Source of the DNA: Carcharhinus amblyrhynchos
Taxonomy: Eukaryota
Assembly: GCA_965287045.1 (NCBI GenBank)
Contig: OZ336899.1
Location: forward strand, 21,886,001-21,950,000
Direction of reading: 5' to 3'
DNA: 64,000 nucleotides
The notes below the pieces were generated by a model that searched no databases, was not told where the DNA came from, and saw nothing but the letters and a program-made list of their open reading frames with translations. Positions 47,126 through 60,709 of this stretch are shown piece by piece. Each line of letters begins with the position of its first letter. The first letter of the stretch is position 1. Made by a program: the position numbers and the translations under genes.

Positions 47126-47556
47126 TGTCAAAGATCTGCTGCTTAGATCTTATGTGGTCATAGGTCACTGTGGTATTGTATCTATGGGAGTACAGATGTT
47201 GCTTTTGAAAGACATATCCCTTTGAGTCATGATCACATTCGCATATATCCCGGATAGGTTTGTTGTGCCGTGCTCCCTTTAGTTATATTGACTGAGTAGT
47301 TTGTAATGCCTAATGAGTTCTTCCCCTTCACTGCTGGCTCACTGGCGAGGCCAAAAGTGCGATTCTTTTTAAAAAATCAACTTTGGGAGTATGCCCCTAA
47401 ATATAAAAGGTCCTGCATTCAACACCCATTTTCAAACACTATTCACTGTCAGGAATTGATAATTGTCTTGCTTTGAGTAATTATGGAAATGCTGACTCTC
47501 TCGTATTCCAGCATCGTATAAAGAATGGATGTTTCCTTTCTTTCTTCCCATCCAAG

Positions 47557-47663
47557 ATTCAGGGTTACTTTGCCGCCTGTGAGGAGGAGACACCAGCAAT
47601 TCGAAACCATGACAAAGTACTGCAGAGGCTGTGTGAGCATCTGGACCACGCCCTGCTCTATGG
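47557..47663 (+). CDS. PLEKHM2: PLEKHM2 coding exon 2
   Basis: ttcccatccaag|IQGYFAACEEETPAIRNHDKVLQRLCEHLDHALLYG|gtaaga, phase 0 to 2. Confidence 0.95.
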
Positions 47664-49110
47664 GTAAGAGCAAAAGCTTGAATCTCTCAATCGTGTTAGT
47701 GCCTGACATCCAGTGAACTAATTTTGATTTGCTGTCACTGTTGCAATGTTGGGTGTGGTTTGTATTGTGTTTTTAACTTTGAACACGAAAAATGGGAGAC
47801 TCTTCCCAAAACCAATCCCGTAGTACATGTTGAGTCACATTTATACACATTATCATTCCTAAACAATAATGGCAGTATTTTGCTAACCTTTAAATACTAA
47901 ACCTGGGAAAGTGTGTATATTGTAAAACTTGTATGTGAAGTTTTGCCTACAGGCCAGGCAACCTTCATGTGCTGCTTCCACATAGGCTTTAGTACAATTA
48001 TTCAAACAAAAGCTGCAGCAAGATTATCCTCTGTTTTCCTTTCCCTTTGAAGTTCAGCCTGGACTTTGCAGATTATTGGACATCTTCTCACTTATTGAAT
48101 GACTATTTTGCTTAATTACTTTCAGAACAAAACAAGTCAATGTTACGTTGAAATCATTAGCCTACTTAAAGGCACTGAAATCACTATGCCTGATTTGGCT
48201 CCAGGAACTGGCTGAATGAAATGTCCAGACCTTTTTAAATGTAATTAATATTGGGAGTTTCTGTTTTAACCTCAGAAATTCAGCAATGGAAAATGAATTT
48301 TAAGAAAAAAAATGTGCGATTGGATAAAACCAAATTGCTTAGTTTCCTGCATATTTACAACTTTTAGTCCTCCACATCCCAAAACTTAGCTTGGCCTCTT
48401 GGGATTTTACTGTACACAGCCAAACAATCTCGAAGGTTGTTGATATCTCACATCTAGGCTCAACAATCACCAGCAAAAGTGTCCCTTGGTGCTGAAGTCA
48501 ATTTTGCAAAAGTTGCAGCTGTTGCGTCCAAACTGAGTAAGTGTGTGGGACAACAGCAACCTGATTGAGCACCAAACTGAGAATCTACCAGGCCCATGTC
48601 CTTGCTGCACTCCAGAGTGGTGAAACCTGGACAACCTGCATTAGGCAGAGGAAAAGGCTGAATAGTTTGCTATCTCTGATATATTCTCAGCATATTTTGG
48701 CAGGACAAGGTCACCTAATCAGATGTCCTGGAAATGTTTAATTCAGCAGTATTTCCTCATTGCTAAGCCAGCAACACACGCACTGGCTCAGCCACGTTCA
48801 GCAAATGGATGGCAGCCTTATTCCCAAATACCTTCTGCATAGTGAATTAGCCAATTAGCGAACTTCTGGTCTCCAGTATTCCTGCTACGAGGGCACCTGC
48901 AAGCGGGATACAAAAGTCACTGACATTGACACTAACGGTTGGGAGACACTCGCTGATAGCTGTGACCTCTAATAGCTGACTGTTCAGAAGGATATTGGAA
49001 AAGGCAAGCAGAAGCGAGAAGCTCAGCTGGCTGAAGAGAGAGCCTAGAAAAAATAGAGACTAACAAAGCGTGCACCTTCTCTGCCCATTGTCTTCCTCTG
49101 CAACAACGTG

Positions 49111-49430
49111 GGCGGCAAGTGGTTAGCACGGCTGCCTCACAGCTCCAGGGACCTGTGTTCGATTCCCGGCTTGTGTGGAGTCTGCACATTCTCCCTGTGG
49201 GTGAATACATGGGTTTCCTCCAGGTGCTCCGGTTTCTTCCCACAGTCCAAAGATGTGTGGGTTAAGTTGATTGGCCATGTTAAATTGACCCTTAGTGTCC
49301 CGGATGCATAGATTAAAAGAATTAGCGAGGTAAATGTGTGGGGTTACAGAGATAGGACCTGGGTGGGACTGTTGTTGGTGCAGATCCGATGGGCTGAATG
49401 GCCTCCTTCTGCACTGTAGAGATTCTATGA
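49111..49430 (+). mobile_element. HE1-like V-SINE
   Basis: Head, V-domain and GATTCTATGA tail. Confidence 0.85.
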
Positions 49431-50415
49431 CATGCAGTAGACAGGGCTTCCTGAACCACACCAGGTGACACTTGACCACTATGCTGCAAATGTATGAGAT
49501 GGAAGGCTGCCACCACTAGCAGTGCTGTAGGGGGCATTGTGTGACCTTGCCTGTTCATGTTTAAGAAGTTTCAACATTGGGTGAAATGTTTGGATGCCAA
49601 ATTAAGGTCCTGTGTGATCATGTCAGTCCCATTCTTAGTTTAAATTTTAAACACATGAAACACCTCTCCAGTAAATGCAATTTCCAGAAGAACTCTGAAC
49701 TCCAAAAGGGCTTGTGTCTGTCGTGTGAAATTCTAGGCCCAGGTTAAAGGATTGAAATGGGGAGGAATGTTGACAGCATTATTCCAAAGTCAGTTTCGCA
49801 GGAATGAAAGCATAACGGACAGCAGCTTCAAGTCCCTAAAAGTAAATTATGGCACCTAACGTGAAACTGACCTGTTTCAGAGAGTCTTGAATCAGCAGCT
49901 TGTGTTAGGGTGCAGTGACTAAAAGTGCAAGAATCTTCAATTCTCATGTATCAAAGCAGAAGCTAAACATAGTCCCAAAGGTGCTGCAACCTGAATTAAT
50001 ATCACCCACGCAACCATTAAAACAAGTGTGTGAATTATTATTGAATTGAAGTGTATGAATTATAATTACATGCAAAAAAAAATGAATTTTACATGAATTA
50101 AGTGGGGGGAAAAAAAACAGGTCTGCATATCCAGTGCACTATTCGGGTTAGTTAACTTTACCCAGCAGTGATTCCCTTTTATCCTTCTAACAAAAATTGT
50201 TTTTGAGGTTACAGTAGCTGTCAGTTATTTCACTGATGTGCCTTCCAATACAAATTGTTCCTTTTCAGATTTTCTTGTGTTTTTCAGTATTCGTGGTTGT
50301 TTAGTTATTTTGAGTGCTTGCGTTTTTGACTTGCACTTGGAACTGAGGGCTGACAGTTGGATATTCTGGCTGATGTCTCTGAGTGTCTGTGCTGATTTTT
50401 TTTTTCTCTGTTTAG

Positions 50416-50525
50416 TTTGCAGGATATTTCCTCTGGATACTGGGTGTTGGTTGTACATTTTACTCGCAGTGAAGCGGTGAAGCAGATTGATGTGCTGCAA
50501 CATGTTGCCACTAACCTTGGTCGCA
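50416..50525 (+). CDS. PLEKHM2: PLEKHM2 coding exon 3 (RUN domain)
   Basis: tctgtttag|(G)LQDISSGYWVLVVHFTRSEAVKQIDVLQHVATNLGR|gtaagt, phase 2 to 1. Confidence 0.95.
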
Positions 50526-51113
50526 GTAAGTATCACACTCCAGATGTGCTTCTAATTTATGTAATCAATTTGAGTTTGTACCATTTGGTTTAAAAAAAAA
50601 GGAATTGAAATTATTTACTTTGTTTTCTTTGCAGCTCTCTTTTCATCCCCTCCAACTTTCTTTGAACCCTCATCTCGTCTGAACATCAGACTATTCCATC
50701 ATCAGACCATTACTGCAAGGTCTGATCCTGTTGTCATGCAGTACTCACACAGCACCTTTTATAGCACTGACCTCTGGATACTGATGAGCAGGAACCATGG
50801 ATGACTTTGCATCTTGCTCTCTGAGGGTCATTAGTTTGTGGAATTCCTTCCCCAGAAAGCAATGTAGGCTGGGTCATTACATATATTCAATGCTGAGTTA
50901 GATAGGGAGTCCGGGGTTATTGAAGGGCAGAGAGGGAAGTGGCTTAGAGGCCACAATTAGATCTGCCATAATCTTATTGAATGGTGAAGCAGGCTCCAGG
51001 GGCCGATTGACCTGCTTCTGCTCCTGATTCTTGTGTTCTGTTGCAGTGGCCTTAGTATTGACCCAGCTGTTTCCTTTTTGTCCTATTTCACTTGGTCCTT
51101 TTTCTTCCCTTAG

Positions 51114-51213
51114 GTCGAGCTTGGCTGTACCTTGCGTTAAATGAGAATTCTCTGGAGAGCTATCTAAGGTTATTCTGGGAAAATCAGAACCTGCTTCATA
51201 AGTACTACTTCAA
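51114..51213 (+). CDS. PLEKHM2: PLEKHM2 coding exon 4 (RUN domain)
   Basis: ttcccttag|SRAWLYLALNENSLESYLRLFWENQNLLHKYYF|gtaagt, phase 1 to 2. Confidence 0.95.
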
Positions 51214-51926
51214 GTAAGTCCAACTGCAGGTGAGCGCGTGGAATTATCAAAACTCGCAGCATGGGGATTGAGTGGATGATTGACATCCACTTGTGGGAGT
51301 CAACTATTAGAATTGCAGGATGTTCTGATATATGTACCGCAGATGACAGTGTCTAAAGCCATCTGTGAAGCCTCAAAATCCCTCCAAAAATGGGGTTTCA
51401 ATTATTCGCAAAGTTTAAAAATGAACGTCGGGCATGGGTGTTGGTGATCACCATCTTGAAACCCTTCTGCACATCTTTACAATGTAGCCCATATCACCTG
51501 GCTTGATTCCTTGCAGCCAGTTAAAAGGCACCAGTAAGTAAATAAAATCCATCTGTGGGGTACAAAATTCAGGCTGACCATTAAGGACAGTAAGGGGGTT
51601 GTCGGAGGGATCACCAAATAATTTCACAGGATAGTGAGAATCTATGAAGGTGAGCTCTCCATTGTTCTAAATCGTTATTAGCTCCTGGTCTACGCTGTCC
51701 CTCATTGTGTTTAAGTCTGGCAGGACTAGGTGGTTCACTGTATTCTTAGAACAGTACTCACATCTGGAGCAATTATCCTGATGAGAATGTGAAAAAAATA
51801 TACATTTTCCAGTTGGATTAATATCTTAAACAGCGGTTTCAAAAGAAAAATATCAAAGGAAAATGAAGAAATGAGATGGTCTGAAAGATGTTACTGCCTC
51901 CTTAACTCCTACAATCTGGAAAATTC

Positions 51927-52210
51927 ATCATAGAATCCCTACAGTGCAGAAGGAGGCCATTCAACCCATTAAGTCTGCACTGACCACAATCACACCCAAC
52001 CTCTATCCCCATAACCCTATCTATTGACCCTAGTAACCTCCTGACACTAAGGGGCAATTTAGCATAACCAGTCAACCAAACCTGCACATCTTTGGGGTGT
52101 GGGAGGAAACCCACACTAATACGGGGAGAATGTGCAAACTCCACACAGACAGTGGCCCAGTCCTGGTGCTGTGAGGCAGTAGTGCTAATCACTGTGCTGC
52201 CATGCCACCC
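51927..52210 (-). mobile_element. HE1-like V-SINE
   Basis: CATAGAATCCCTACAGTGCAGAAGGAGGCC tail to GCCATGCCACCC head. Confidence 0.8.
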
Positions 52211-52483
52211 CAAAATTAATATCTCCCCATTACCATGCTTTGTGATTTGTATAAAAAATACACTTGTAAAAATAGTTTTTTAAAATTATCTGCAGTTAAA
52301 TGAATAATGTTTCAATGTAAATTGCACAGTTTCTTTACTAAGTGATGCACTTGATTGTGCCTGATAGAGTACCTAAGATACGACACAATACTTGTAACAT
52401 GACAAAGCAAATTCTTATAAATAGAGGACAGTGGTCTGGTAAACATGAGATATCTTATTGTCTCGTTTCTCTAAAACCCTAAG

Positions 52484-52571
52484 GAACGCTCTGGTCTGCA
52501 GTCATGATCACCTGACCCTCTTCCTCACATTAGTGTCTGGCCTAGAATTCATTCGATTTGAGTTGGAACTG
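52484..52571 (+). CDS. PLEKHM2: PLEKHM2 coding exon 5
   Basis: ccctaag|(K)NALVCSHDHLTLFLTLVSGLEFIRFELEL|gtaagg, phase 2 to 0. Confidence 0.95.
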
Positions 52572-52893
52572 GTAAGGAACACACCTTCTTTAAATGATGT
52601 GGTGCAGGCTTTTAAAATGCTGAAAGGAACAAATGTAAATAGGTCATTTAACCTGGCCTGATTGTGCAGTACTGAAAGTCAAGTGTATAGAATTAGTGAG
52701 CTTTAAGCAAGAGATTGGAATAATTGATTTTCTCAGTGTGAAGTTTGCAGGGCAGGAGGGAAAGACCAGGGGTGTTTCACTAAGTGCCAGCTCTTTCAAA
52801 GAGCCTGTACTACCACAATGGGCTCACTGGCCCCCTTCTTTGCTGCATGATTATATGTCAGTGTGGAATAGGCATCATGTGTACAGACACCAT

Positions 52894-53011
52894 GGGTGGG
52901 ATTTTCCAACTGCATTCGCCCCAGGACCAGAAAATCCCGCCGTCAAGATCAATGGACCCTTTCCCTGCCCACTAGAATTCCCATGGCGAGCAGGGCGGGA
53001 AAATTCTGCCC
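52894..53011. mobile_element. MITE, PIF/Harbinger-like
   Basis: GGGTGGGATTTTCC...GGAAAATTCTGCCC with 3-bp TSD CAT. Confidence 0.7.
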
Positions 53012-53737
53012 CATGTGCATGTAAAGATCTTCCAACATTTATTTGCTAGTGATGCTGGCCCCCAAAGTTGAGCTGCACACAGCTGGCTGCAAACCAAAAG
53101 AACTTTGCCAAGATTTACTGAGATCAGTTGTAAGATTTTGTTTTCTTGGCAGTTGGATTTAAAAAAAAACTTACTTTTGCACTGAGGCTGACTTCAAGAC
53201 CCAAGCATCAATAAGTAACACCAGCCGCGTGGGTCTTACACCTTGTAAAAGTGGCCAAAGTCCTGAGTTACTGAACCAAGGGAACATAAGACCCAGAAAA
53301 CGAGGTAAATCTATAAGATGCAAGAATGATATTTATTTTGTAATTTGACCTGGTGTATTTTGTCTTGAGTGGCAGAAAGGAGCAAGCTCACAATACCTTC
53401 TTTCACTTGATTGACAATATTAGTGAGACTTGACAGAGTTTGTGAATGGTTGAGGGCTGATGGAAGTGAAAGGTGTTTTAGTCCATATTCTGAAAAACTC
53501 TATCATTTTGCATTAAATCTGGAGATGTTAGTGCTTCTGAACTACTTAAAATTAGGCAAACCCGTTTGCCTTTTTTAAAAGACAATCTGTGATCTGTACA
53601 AATGATAGTGCAAGTTTTACTATTAAGGCAGTTGTTTTTATATTGAATCTTCACAATAACATCACTAAGGTTTTGTGTTTTTAGTTCTTAGCTGCTGCCC
53701 ATTCACATTGCACTGTTATTTGTTCCTCAAATTCCAG

Positions 53738-53924
53738 GATGTTCCCTATCTGGACCTGGCTCCATATATGCCAGAATATTACAAACCACAGCACCTGCTG
53801 GACTTTGAAGAGCGCCTGCCCAACTCTTTGCACGGCTCTGACAGCCTCTCACTCAATTCGTTTAACTCTGTTACTTCCACTAATTTGGAATGGGATGATA
53901 GTGCCATCGCACCTTCCAGTGAGG
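53738..53924 (+). CDS. PLEKHM2: PLEKHM2 coding exon 6 (contains the KLC-binding LEWDDSAI motif)
   Basis: aattccag|DVPYLDLAPYMPEYYKPQHLLDFEERLPNSLHGSDSLSLNSFNSVTSTNLEWDDSAIAPSSE|gtaagt, phase 0 to 1. Confidence 0.96.
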
Positions 53925-54476
53925 GTAAGTTCCAAGCTTTTTGCAGTATCCAAAGAATCCTCATTATAAACTTCCCTTGACATGTATTCATGGATTTAAG
54001 CTAAAAGACTGCATTGATCATGTTGGGTGTTCTGGCTGAGTAGGTTACAACGTTTTGTGGTGTATGAAGAGTCAACCCTGCCATTTGCGGATTAAAGCCA
54101 GCATTTCCTCATCCAAGTCATGGTTCAATGACCATGCTTGAAAATGGATGTTGGGCAAGTGTGGGATGAACTTGCTTGTGATGCCGTCTGTGTACTATAG
54201 ACTATTGATATCTGGCATCTAAGCAGCCAAGTGACACAGTCAATTGGCCAAGATCCTTGAGTGGCATTTTAAAATCATTGCGCCGTAAGAATCAAAATTT
54301 TCTGAAGATAAATGGAGGGCTATTGATTTCCTTTTCTCTCTGGCATGCTTTGCATAACTTTCGAAGGGACAGGTCGGGCGTCCAAGGTAGAATAATGGAA
54401 ATTCTCTCTATTAACTCTTATTGCAACAGGGCTCCCAAAGAAACTGTCTCAACCACAGAGCTTGAAAATTACTTCG

Positions 54477-54760
54477 TAGAATCCCTTCAGTGCAAAAGGA
54501 GGCCGTTTGGCCCATCGAGCCTGCACCAACAGCAATCCGAACCAGGACCAACCTCCGCAATCCCACTCATTTAACCTGCTGATCCCCTTGACACCAATGG
54601 ACAATTTAGCATGGCCAATCAACCTAACCTGCACACCTTTGGAGTTAGGAGGAAACACAGGGAGAACATGTAAACTCTGCACAGTAACCCGAGGCTGAAA
54701 TTGAATCCAGGTCCCTGGCGTTGTGAGGCAGCAGTGCTAACCACTGTGTCACTGTGCCCC
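54477..54760 (-). mobile_element. HE1-like V-SINE
   Basis: Tail TAGAATCCCTTCAGTGCAAAAGGAGGCC; head GCAGTGCTAACCACTGTG. Confidence 0.8.
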
Positions 54761-55339
54761 AAAATTACCTATTGGAAGAGCTCACAAGCTCTCCCTTTCA
54801 TTCCAGTGATGAATGAGGAGGACATGCATGTACAGCATGAATAACTCTGAACAAATCAATGAAAATCACTGAACAATTTAAAAAAACACATAGATATTTT
54901 ACAGAGAAGACATCATAACCATTTCATGCTGTATGTATCTCAATGACTGTGTTAATCAGCACCAGTCATAATGAACTGATGCGACATGCAGTTAGAGAAG
55001 TGAAAATTTATTTATCCTCAATCTGACCTTGAAATGCATATCGTGCAGATGGTTCAATAGTTAATAATACGAATGCATTCTGCATGATGGAGCGCAAGTA
55101 CAGATTGCAAGGAAGTTGTGGTTTTGTAGTTGAAATGCTTCAAAAGCTAATGGATAGTCCACCACAAGCATGTAATGCAACATCTGCTGTAATGCAGCAA
55201 ACATCCATATTCTGGAGTCCTTCACTTGCTTTTACAAATCACTCCGATATTGACTCTGATAAATTGACTCTGATAAATTATGACTTGTTAGAAGCTTAAA
55301 GCTTCTGCAGACATGATTTCATTGCAAGTAATAGGTCAT

Positions 55340-55785
55340 AGATCCAAGGGTTGAGCTACGAGGAGAGAACATAAAGGTGAGGGTTGCATTCCCTATAATT
55401 TCAAAGGTTATGCATTGATTTAGTTGAAACTCGAAATATTAAAGGAAACCTGTAGCGTAGTTTTGGGAGAAAGATTTCTATTCATTGTAGAGCGTAGGAC
55501 CAGGAGACACAGTGTAAAGATTTGAGCCAATCCTTTCTGAGATGAAATTAAAAAACACTTCTTCATGCACATACTGATAGAAGTTTGGATCTCTCTTCCG
55601 CAAATGGCAATTGACACAAGATCAATTAATTTTAAAACTGAGATTGATAGGTTTTTGTTAGCCAAAGGTATTAAGGTAAACAGAGCAAAGACAAGTAAAT
55701 GAGGCTAGTTTGCAGATTAGTAATGATCTGTTTGAATGGTGGACCAGGCTTGAGGTGCCAATAACTTGCTCTCTTTCCTATCATA
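55340..55785 (+). mobile_element. CR1 LINE 3' fragment, old
   Basis: Decayed CR1 ORF2 C-terminus and 3' UTR. Confidence 0.65.
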
Positions 55786-55959
55786 GATGACCATTTGCTG
55801 TGTCGCAGAATTTGTGCAGCAGAACCTGAGAGAAGCATGCTTGGCATTGCTTATGCTTATTCTGCACTGTGCAGTATAACTGCCATGTAATAATCACTGT
55901 AGAACATACTTTGTAGGAGGTTCACACATGGTATGCAACCTTCAGCCTGAAGAAGACCA

Positions 55960-56570
55960 AGTCATAGAAACTAGAAGCAAGAGTAGGCCATTCGGCCCTT
56001 CAAGCATCCCTCGCCATTCATTTTGGTCATGGCTATTCATCAAATTCAATATCCTGATTTTTTTTTTCCCCATATCCCTTGATCCCTTTATCCCCAATCT
56101 AATTTCTTCTTGAAATCAGCCAACGTTTGGCGTCAACTACATTCCGTGGTAGTGAATTCCTCATATTCATCACCTTCTGGGTGAAAACATTTCTCCTCAC
56201 GTCACTTCTAAAAGTTTTACCCCTTATCCTCAAACTATAACTGCTCCTCTACCATTGGGAACATTCTTTCTGAATCTACCCTGTCTAACCCTGTTAGAAT
56301 TTTGTAAGTTTCTATGAGATTCCCTCCCACTGTTCTAAACTCCAGTGAATATAATCCTAACCGCCTTAGTCTGTCCTCTTTTGACAGACCTGCCATTCCA
56401 GAAGTCAGTTTAGGAAGCTTTCGCTGCATTCCCTCCGTAGCAAGGACATCCTTCCTCCAATAAGGATGCCAAAACTGCACACAATATTCCAGGTGTGGCT
56501 TAGCACAGATCCCTGTGGGACCCCACTATTCAACTGCTAATCAGAAAAAGACCCATTTATGTCAACTCTT
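55960..56570 (-). mobile_element. CR1 LINE 3' fragment
   Basis: QFWHPYWRKDVLA...LRRLGLYSLEFR...LIETYKILTGLDRVD. Confidence 0.85.
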
Positions 56571-57426
56571 TAGTCAGTATCTGTTGTGAGCCATGAACCA
56601 CCACGTTCCTAATTGCAAATAACTATTGTCACCAGTGGAGACTACAAGTCTGTATCTGCCCAATCATGGAATACACCTTTTGCTTTGGGCTCAATACAGT
56701 CGAAGCCAAGCAAACCAGTGGAACTAGACGAGTTTGAGCTTCAATCCAAAGTTGATTTTTAAAAAAAATGTAGGAAGCAGCACCACAAGAATTGTTACTG
56801 CTTCAGCCATATCAAATACGTTAATCTACCAAGTACGCCAGTGGCAAGCATTGACACATCACTCTAGCCTGTGGAACTCAAATAGTTTCATCACTTAGGC
56901 CATTGACCTTTGAATGCAGAATGAGGAAGAAACTTAATCAAACAGGGTGATAGAGCCAACATAAAAAAAAAAGTTTGATTTTTGCAACAATGCAGTTTCT
57001 CCGGGATTCCTTTTAAAAAGGTTTCAGCAGTCAGATCTTTGTGGGACATCAGTATTTGTTCTAGCTTTTGGTGCACACTCATTTTGCCTCCCGAAGCACA
57101 CAAGTTTCCAGTGTTCACTACATGGATCATATTTACCTTCAATTAACAGCAAATATCAGGGTAAATGAGGTTTACATTACGCATTGTACACCAAGGATTG
57201 TGTCAACCAATACTTCTTGCCATGTTGCTCCAAGTAACAACCTAAGTGTGAGCACCATGCACAGCCTGGGCAAGTAGTTTTGCTCCCCCTGCCAACAAAG
57301 AACAAAACAGCCCAGGAAACAGGCCCTTCGGCCCAACGAGCCTGTGCCGCCATTTTAACATTACGAGTCCCCTCTCCACCCATGACCCTTCTCTATGCTT
57401 ATGGCATTCCACATTGAGGGAAGACT

Positions 57427-57555
57427 AATTTAGGGACAATTTATTACACCAATCAGCCTAATAGCACATCTTTGGGGTGTGGGAGGAAACCGGAGCACCC
57501 GGAGAAAACCCATGCAAGCACGGGCAGAATGCGCAAACTCCCACAGACACTGGCC
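57427..57555 (-). mobile_element. Truncated HE1-like V-SINE
   Basis: GGGAGGAAACCGGAGCACCCGGAGAAAACCCATGC V-domain only. Confidence 0.7.
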
Positions 57556-60074
57556 CAAATCCATGTGTCTGCACAGCAAACAGTGATAGTCACTGAGCTG
57601 TCGTGTCGCCCAGCATCTAGTCCAGTTTAAACTTACACTAACGACATGAAGTACTAGACTGTTCTCGAAACAACCAAGAGTAGCCCTCGTATGACCCATC
57701 GCGTGTATGTCCCTCGTTGGACAACAAGGTGGACCGAAGCACCTGTGAAGTAACAGAGAAAAACATCAGTATCATCCACATCCTTATACATTACCAGGGA
57801 AGTCCCAAGGCTCCTGTACTGTGTCGTTCTTAACAAAAAGTTATGAAAGGCAGCATACCTCATTAATCCTGCAGTGTAACTGGGAAGTTTCTACTGTGCC
57901 AACAGCTACAGCTGGTGTTACTGTACTGCCAATAAACAACTCTGCAGCATTAGTCAGCAAGATTTTTTTTGTATGTTAAATATCAGCTGTTTCTAATCTG
58001 CTAACAGGAAAAAGGCTAGCATAGCAGGAAGAGAGAGTTATAAAACATAACAAACAAGGAAAACAAACCATAATCAGAAGATGGTGCAGGTTACTGGAGG
58101 ACTAAATACATTCATTTTTTTATTATAAAAACATACACTTGTTTATAACTGGAGCTGTTACTCTGGGACATAAGAGGACAGATGGCTGGAATTAGGAGTC
58201 ATTCATTGATCCCCCACCCTACACTAACACACCCAAAATTGTTAAAAACTGGATGACGCTTGGTGCTGTTGCTTAATGTTCATTGATAGAGAAAGCAGGG
58301 TGAACCCAAACACTCAAAAGGTATGCCAACATTTTGGCCTGGATTGTCCTTTTTCTTACAATTGAACTTATTGACTCTTGTAGCTGGCACAAGACAACTA
58401 GGTAATTCTTCAAACTTGTTAAGCTTGAACTTTTCTACAAACATTAGATATTTTTGTTAGGAAGTGATAAGACAGCATAACCCAGGAGACAGTCTCTGCA
58501 TAGTGTGAACATCTTTACATTTGTTCCTGCAGTGAATTGGAGGGACAGCAATCTGACAAGGCCTCTCATAGGTATGTCTTGCTCTTTGATTGGGAGGCAG
58601 CTTGCCAAGTAACTGAAACATTTTCTGTGCTGTGGATAATTTATAAAGTAAGGCTTGCAGTGCTGAACTTGTTGCTGATGGAGAAAACATGATTTGAAGT
58701 GGGAGAGGTTGGTTTTGGTCAAAATGTTGAGGCTCGGACAAATAAAGGTTTTGGCTTGTTGAATTTCAGGTCAGCACAAAGCCTGGCTACCTGTCATTGA
58801 AACAAAAAAAAAGGCCTTGGTGTGGAACACAAGGATGTCCATCCAGTGCATTCGGAGCAATATGAGTTAGCATTTTAAGGATCGGGATCTCAAAGTTGTG
58901 GGTTGAATTCATTTGGATGGATTGTCATTCGACTTTGCAATTTGAGGTTTATTTTAATTCGTTCCTGGAAATGGACACAGCTAGCAAGGCTAAAAGAAGG
59001 TGGTGTTGAGTCAGTGTCTTGACCTGCTGCAGCCAGTCTGGTGTAGGTACACTCACTGTTCCTTTGGGAAGTTCCCAGGATTTTGCTCTAGCAGACTGCA
59101 AGATACTGTAGAGTAATTACTTAATTATTAGATTGGGATTTGCACCACACCCATTGAACACTGATTGCTATGAGCTCTCGCACATCAATACGAAGTATGC
59201 TGGATTTACGTGGGCTAATTGCAGCACTCCAATTTCAAGTACTGTATGTATTTTGCAGCCCAAACCATGGCTGCACTGTGGGATATAGAGCATTGGCCTG
59301 GGGAATAGTGATGTTTTGACATTACAATGTATTGGCAGACCAATAGCAGTAATAGAAAATTGGTGACTGTCAGGAACCACATCAGCTAAGGATGTAGTTT
59401 AATTGAGCAATAATCTACAAATTAAGAAATGTGGGGGCTCATTGGACTTGTATTATGGTGGGGCATGGTACTTAATACGTACAAGGAAATTGATACTCAA
59501 TTGTGTACTTAAAAACACTCAGCTGTTAAGAAACAGCAGTGCTTTCTGTTGTCCATGGTGAAGGAAGTGATATTGAATATGTTACACATTTCAATGCTCT
59601 GTGTCAGGTTAGACACCGTAAATCTTTTCCGCCTGAACCAGAGCAGCCTTTTCCCTCCCCTTTCCCAGCCATTCCATGGCCTCTTAAGTGAGTTTGCCAA
59701 CTGGGGATAGTGTTTTTGTATTTTATCATCTTGCCCCAAGCTTGGTTCACATGGAGTCTTGTGCCCGCCTAACAAACAGAACTTTCATTCCAACTTTCTG
59801 GTTCTGGTTTTAAGCCCAACGGTCCCAGAGTGGAAAAACATCATCCACTTCATGAGAGGGTTAACAGCCCCATCTCGAGGGTTAACAGCCTCATCCAACA
59901 CCTGTAAAAAGGTGATTGGCAGGCAGTTGGAATGTGGTATTGCTGGAACAACCGTCAATACCTTTCATCTATATATGACACTGATTACATCTCATGCTGA
60001 TTGAATGTGACTCCATGACTTTCATTGTTACAGATTTTTTGTTTTTGTGTGTTTTTCTCTTCCTTTCATTATAG

Positions 60075-60134
60075 ATTATGATTTTGGAGATGTCTTTCCT
60101 GCAGCACAGTCCATACCCAGCACAGACTGGGAAG
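60075..60134 (+). CDS. PLEKHM2: PLEKHM2 coding exon 7 (60 nt, symmetric phase 1-1; second W-acidic motif)
   Basis: ttcattatag|(D)YDFGDVFPAAQSIPSTDWE|gtggga. Confidence 0.92.
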
Positions 60135-60709
60135 GTGGGACTCTCTTAGGCTTGTGTTGCTGCCTGTTGCATGCCCTGTCCCTAACGCTGTCTGTCTCAC
60201 TCACTGCATGCCAGCCAGGGCTGCTTCCAGTGGTTGTGTTCATGTGCATTTGGTGTTGGACAGAGGAAAAGAAATGGCTGAAATCATGAACTGAAGTCTT
60301 TAACATAATTATACTTCATAATCCTGTGGTGATGGCTTTCACATTGTAATCAGAGCTAGTATAATCTGGCTGTTTTGCAGACATCTTAATTGCAACACAT
60401 GCCTTTTTGGATAATAAATGTAACCTTAGTAGTTTATTTTGTATTTGAAGAATATATATTTTTTAATTCTATTGTGTAGCACAACTGTGACTAACATCTC
60501 CAACAGACAACTAGAACCTGAGAGCCATTGGAGAGAATGAAGCCAGATCTTGACCGTACAGAATCCCTCTGACTTGGCATAGGTTTGTTAAAGGAAATCT
60601 ATCTTGCCTGTAAGAGTCAACTCATTTTGCCCAACTACTAGAGACCGACAGATTATTCTGTGATTTTGATTGCTATGTGCTTTGACTTTGGCTCACCAAG
60701 TGTAATCGT

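Noticed and set aside
60135-60289. Read-through extension of exon 7 (hydrophobic Cys-rich peptide)
   Set aside because: Homology ends at TDWE and phase matches exon 8 at the GT at 60135; the extension is intronic.
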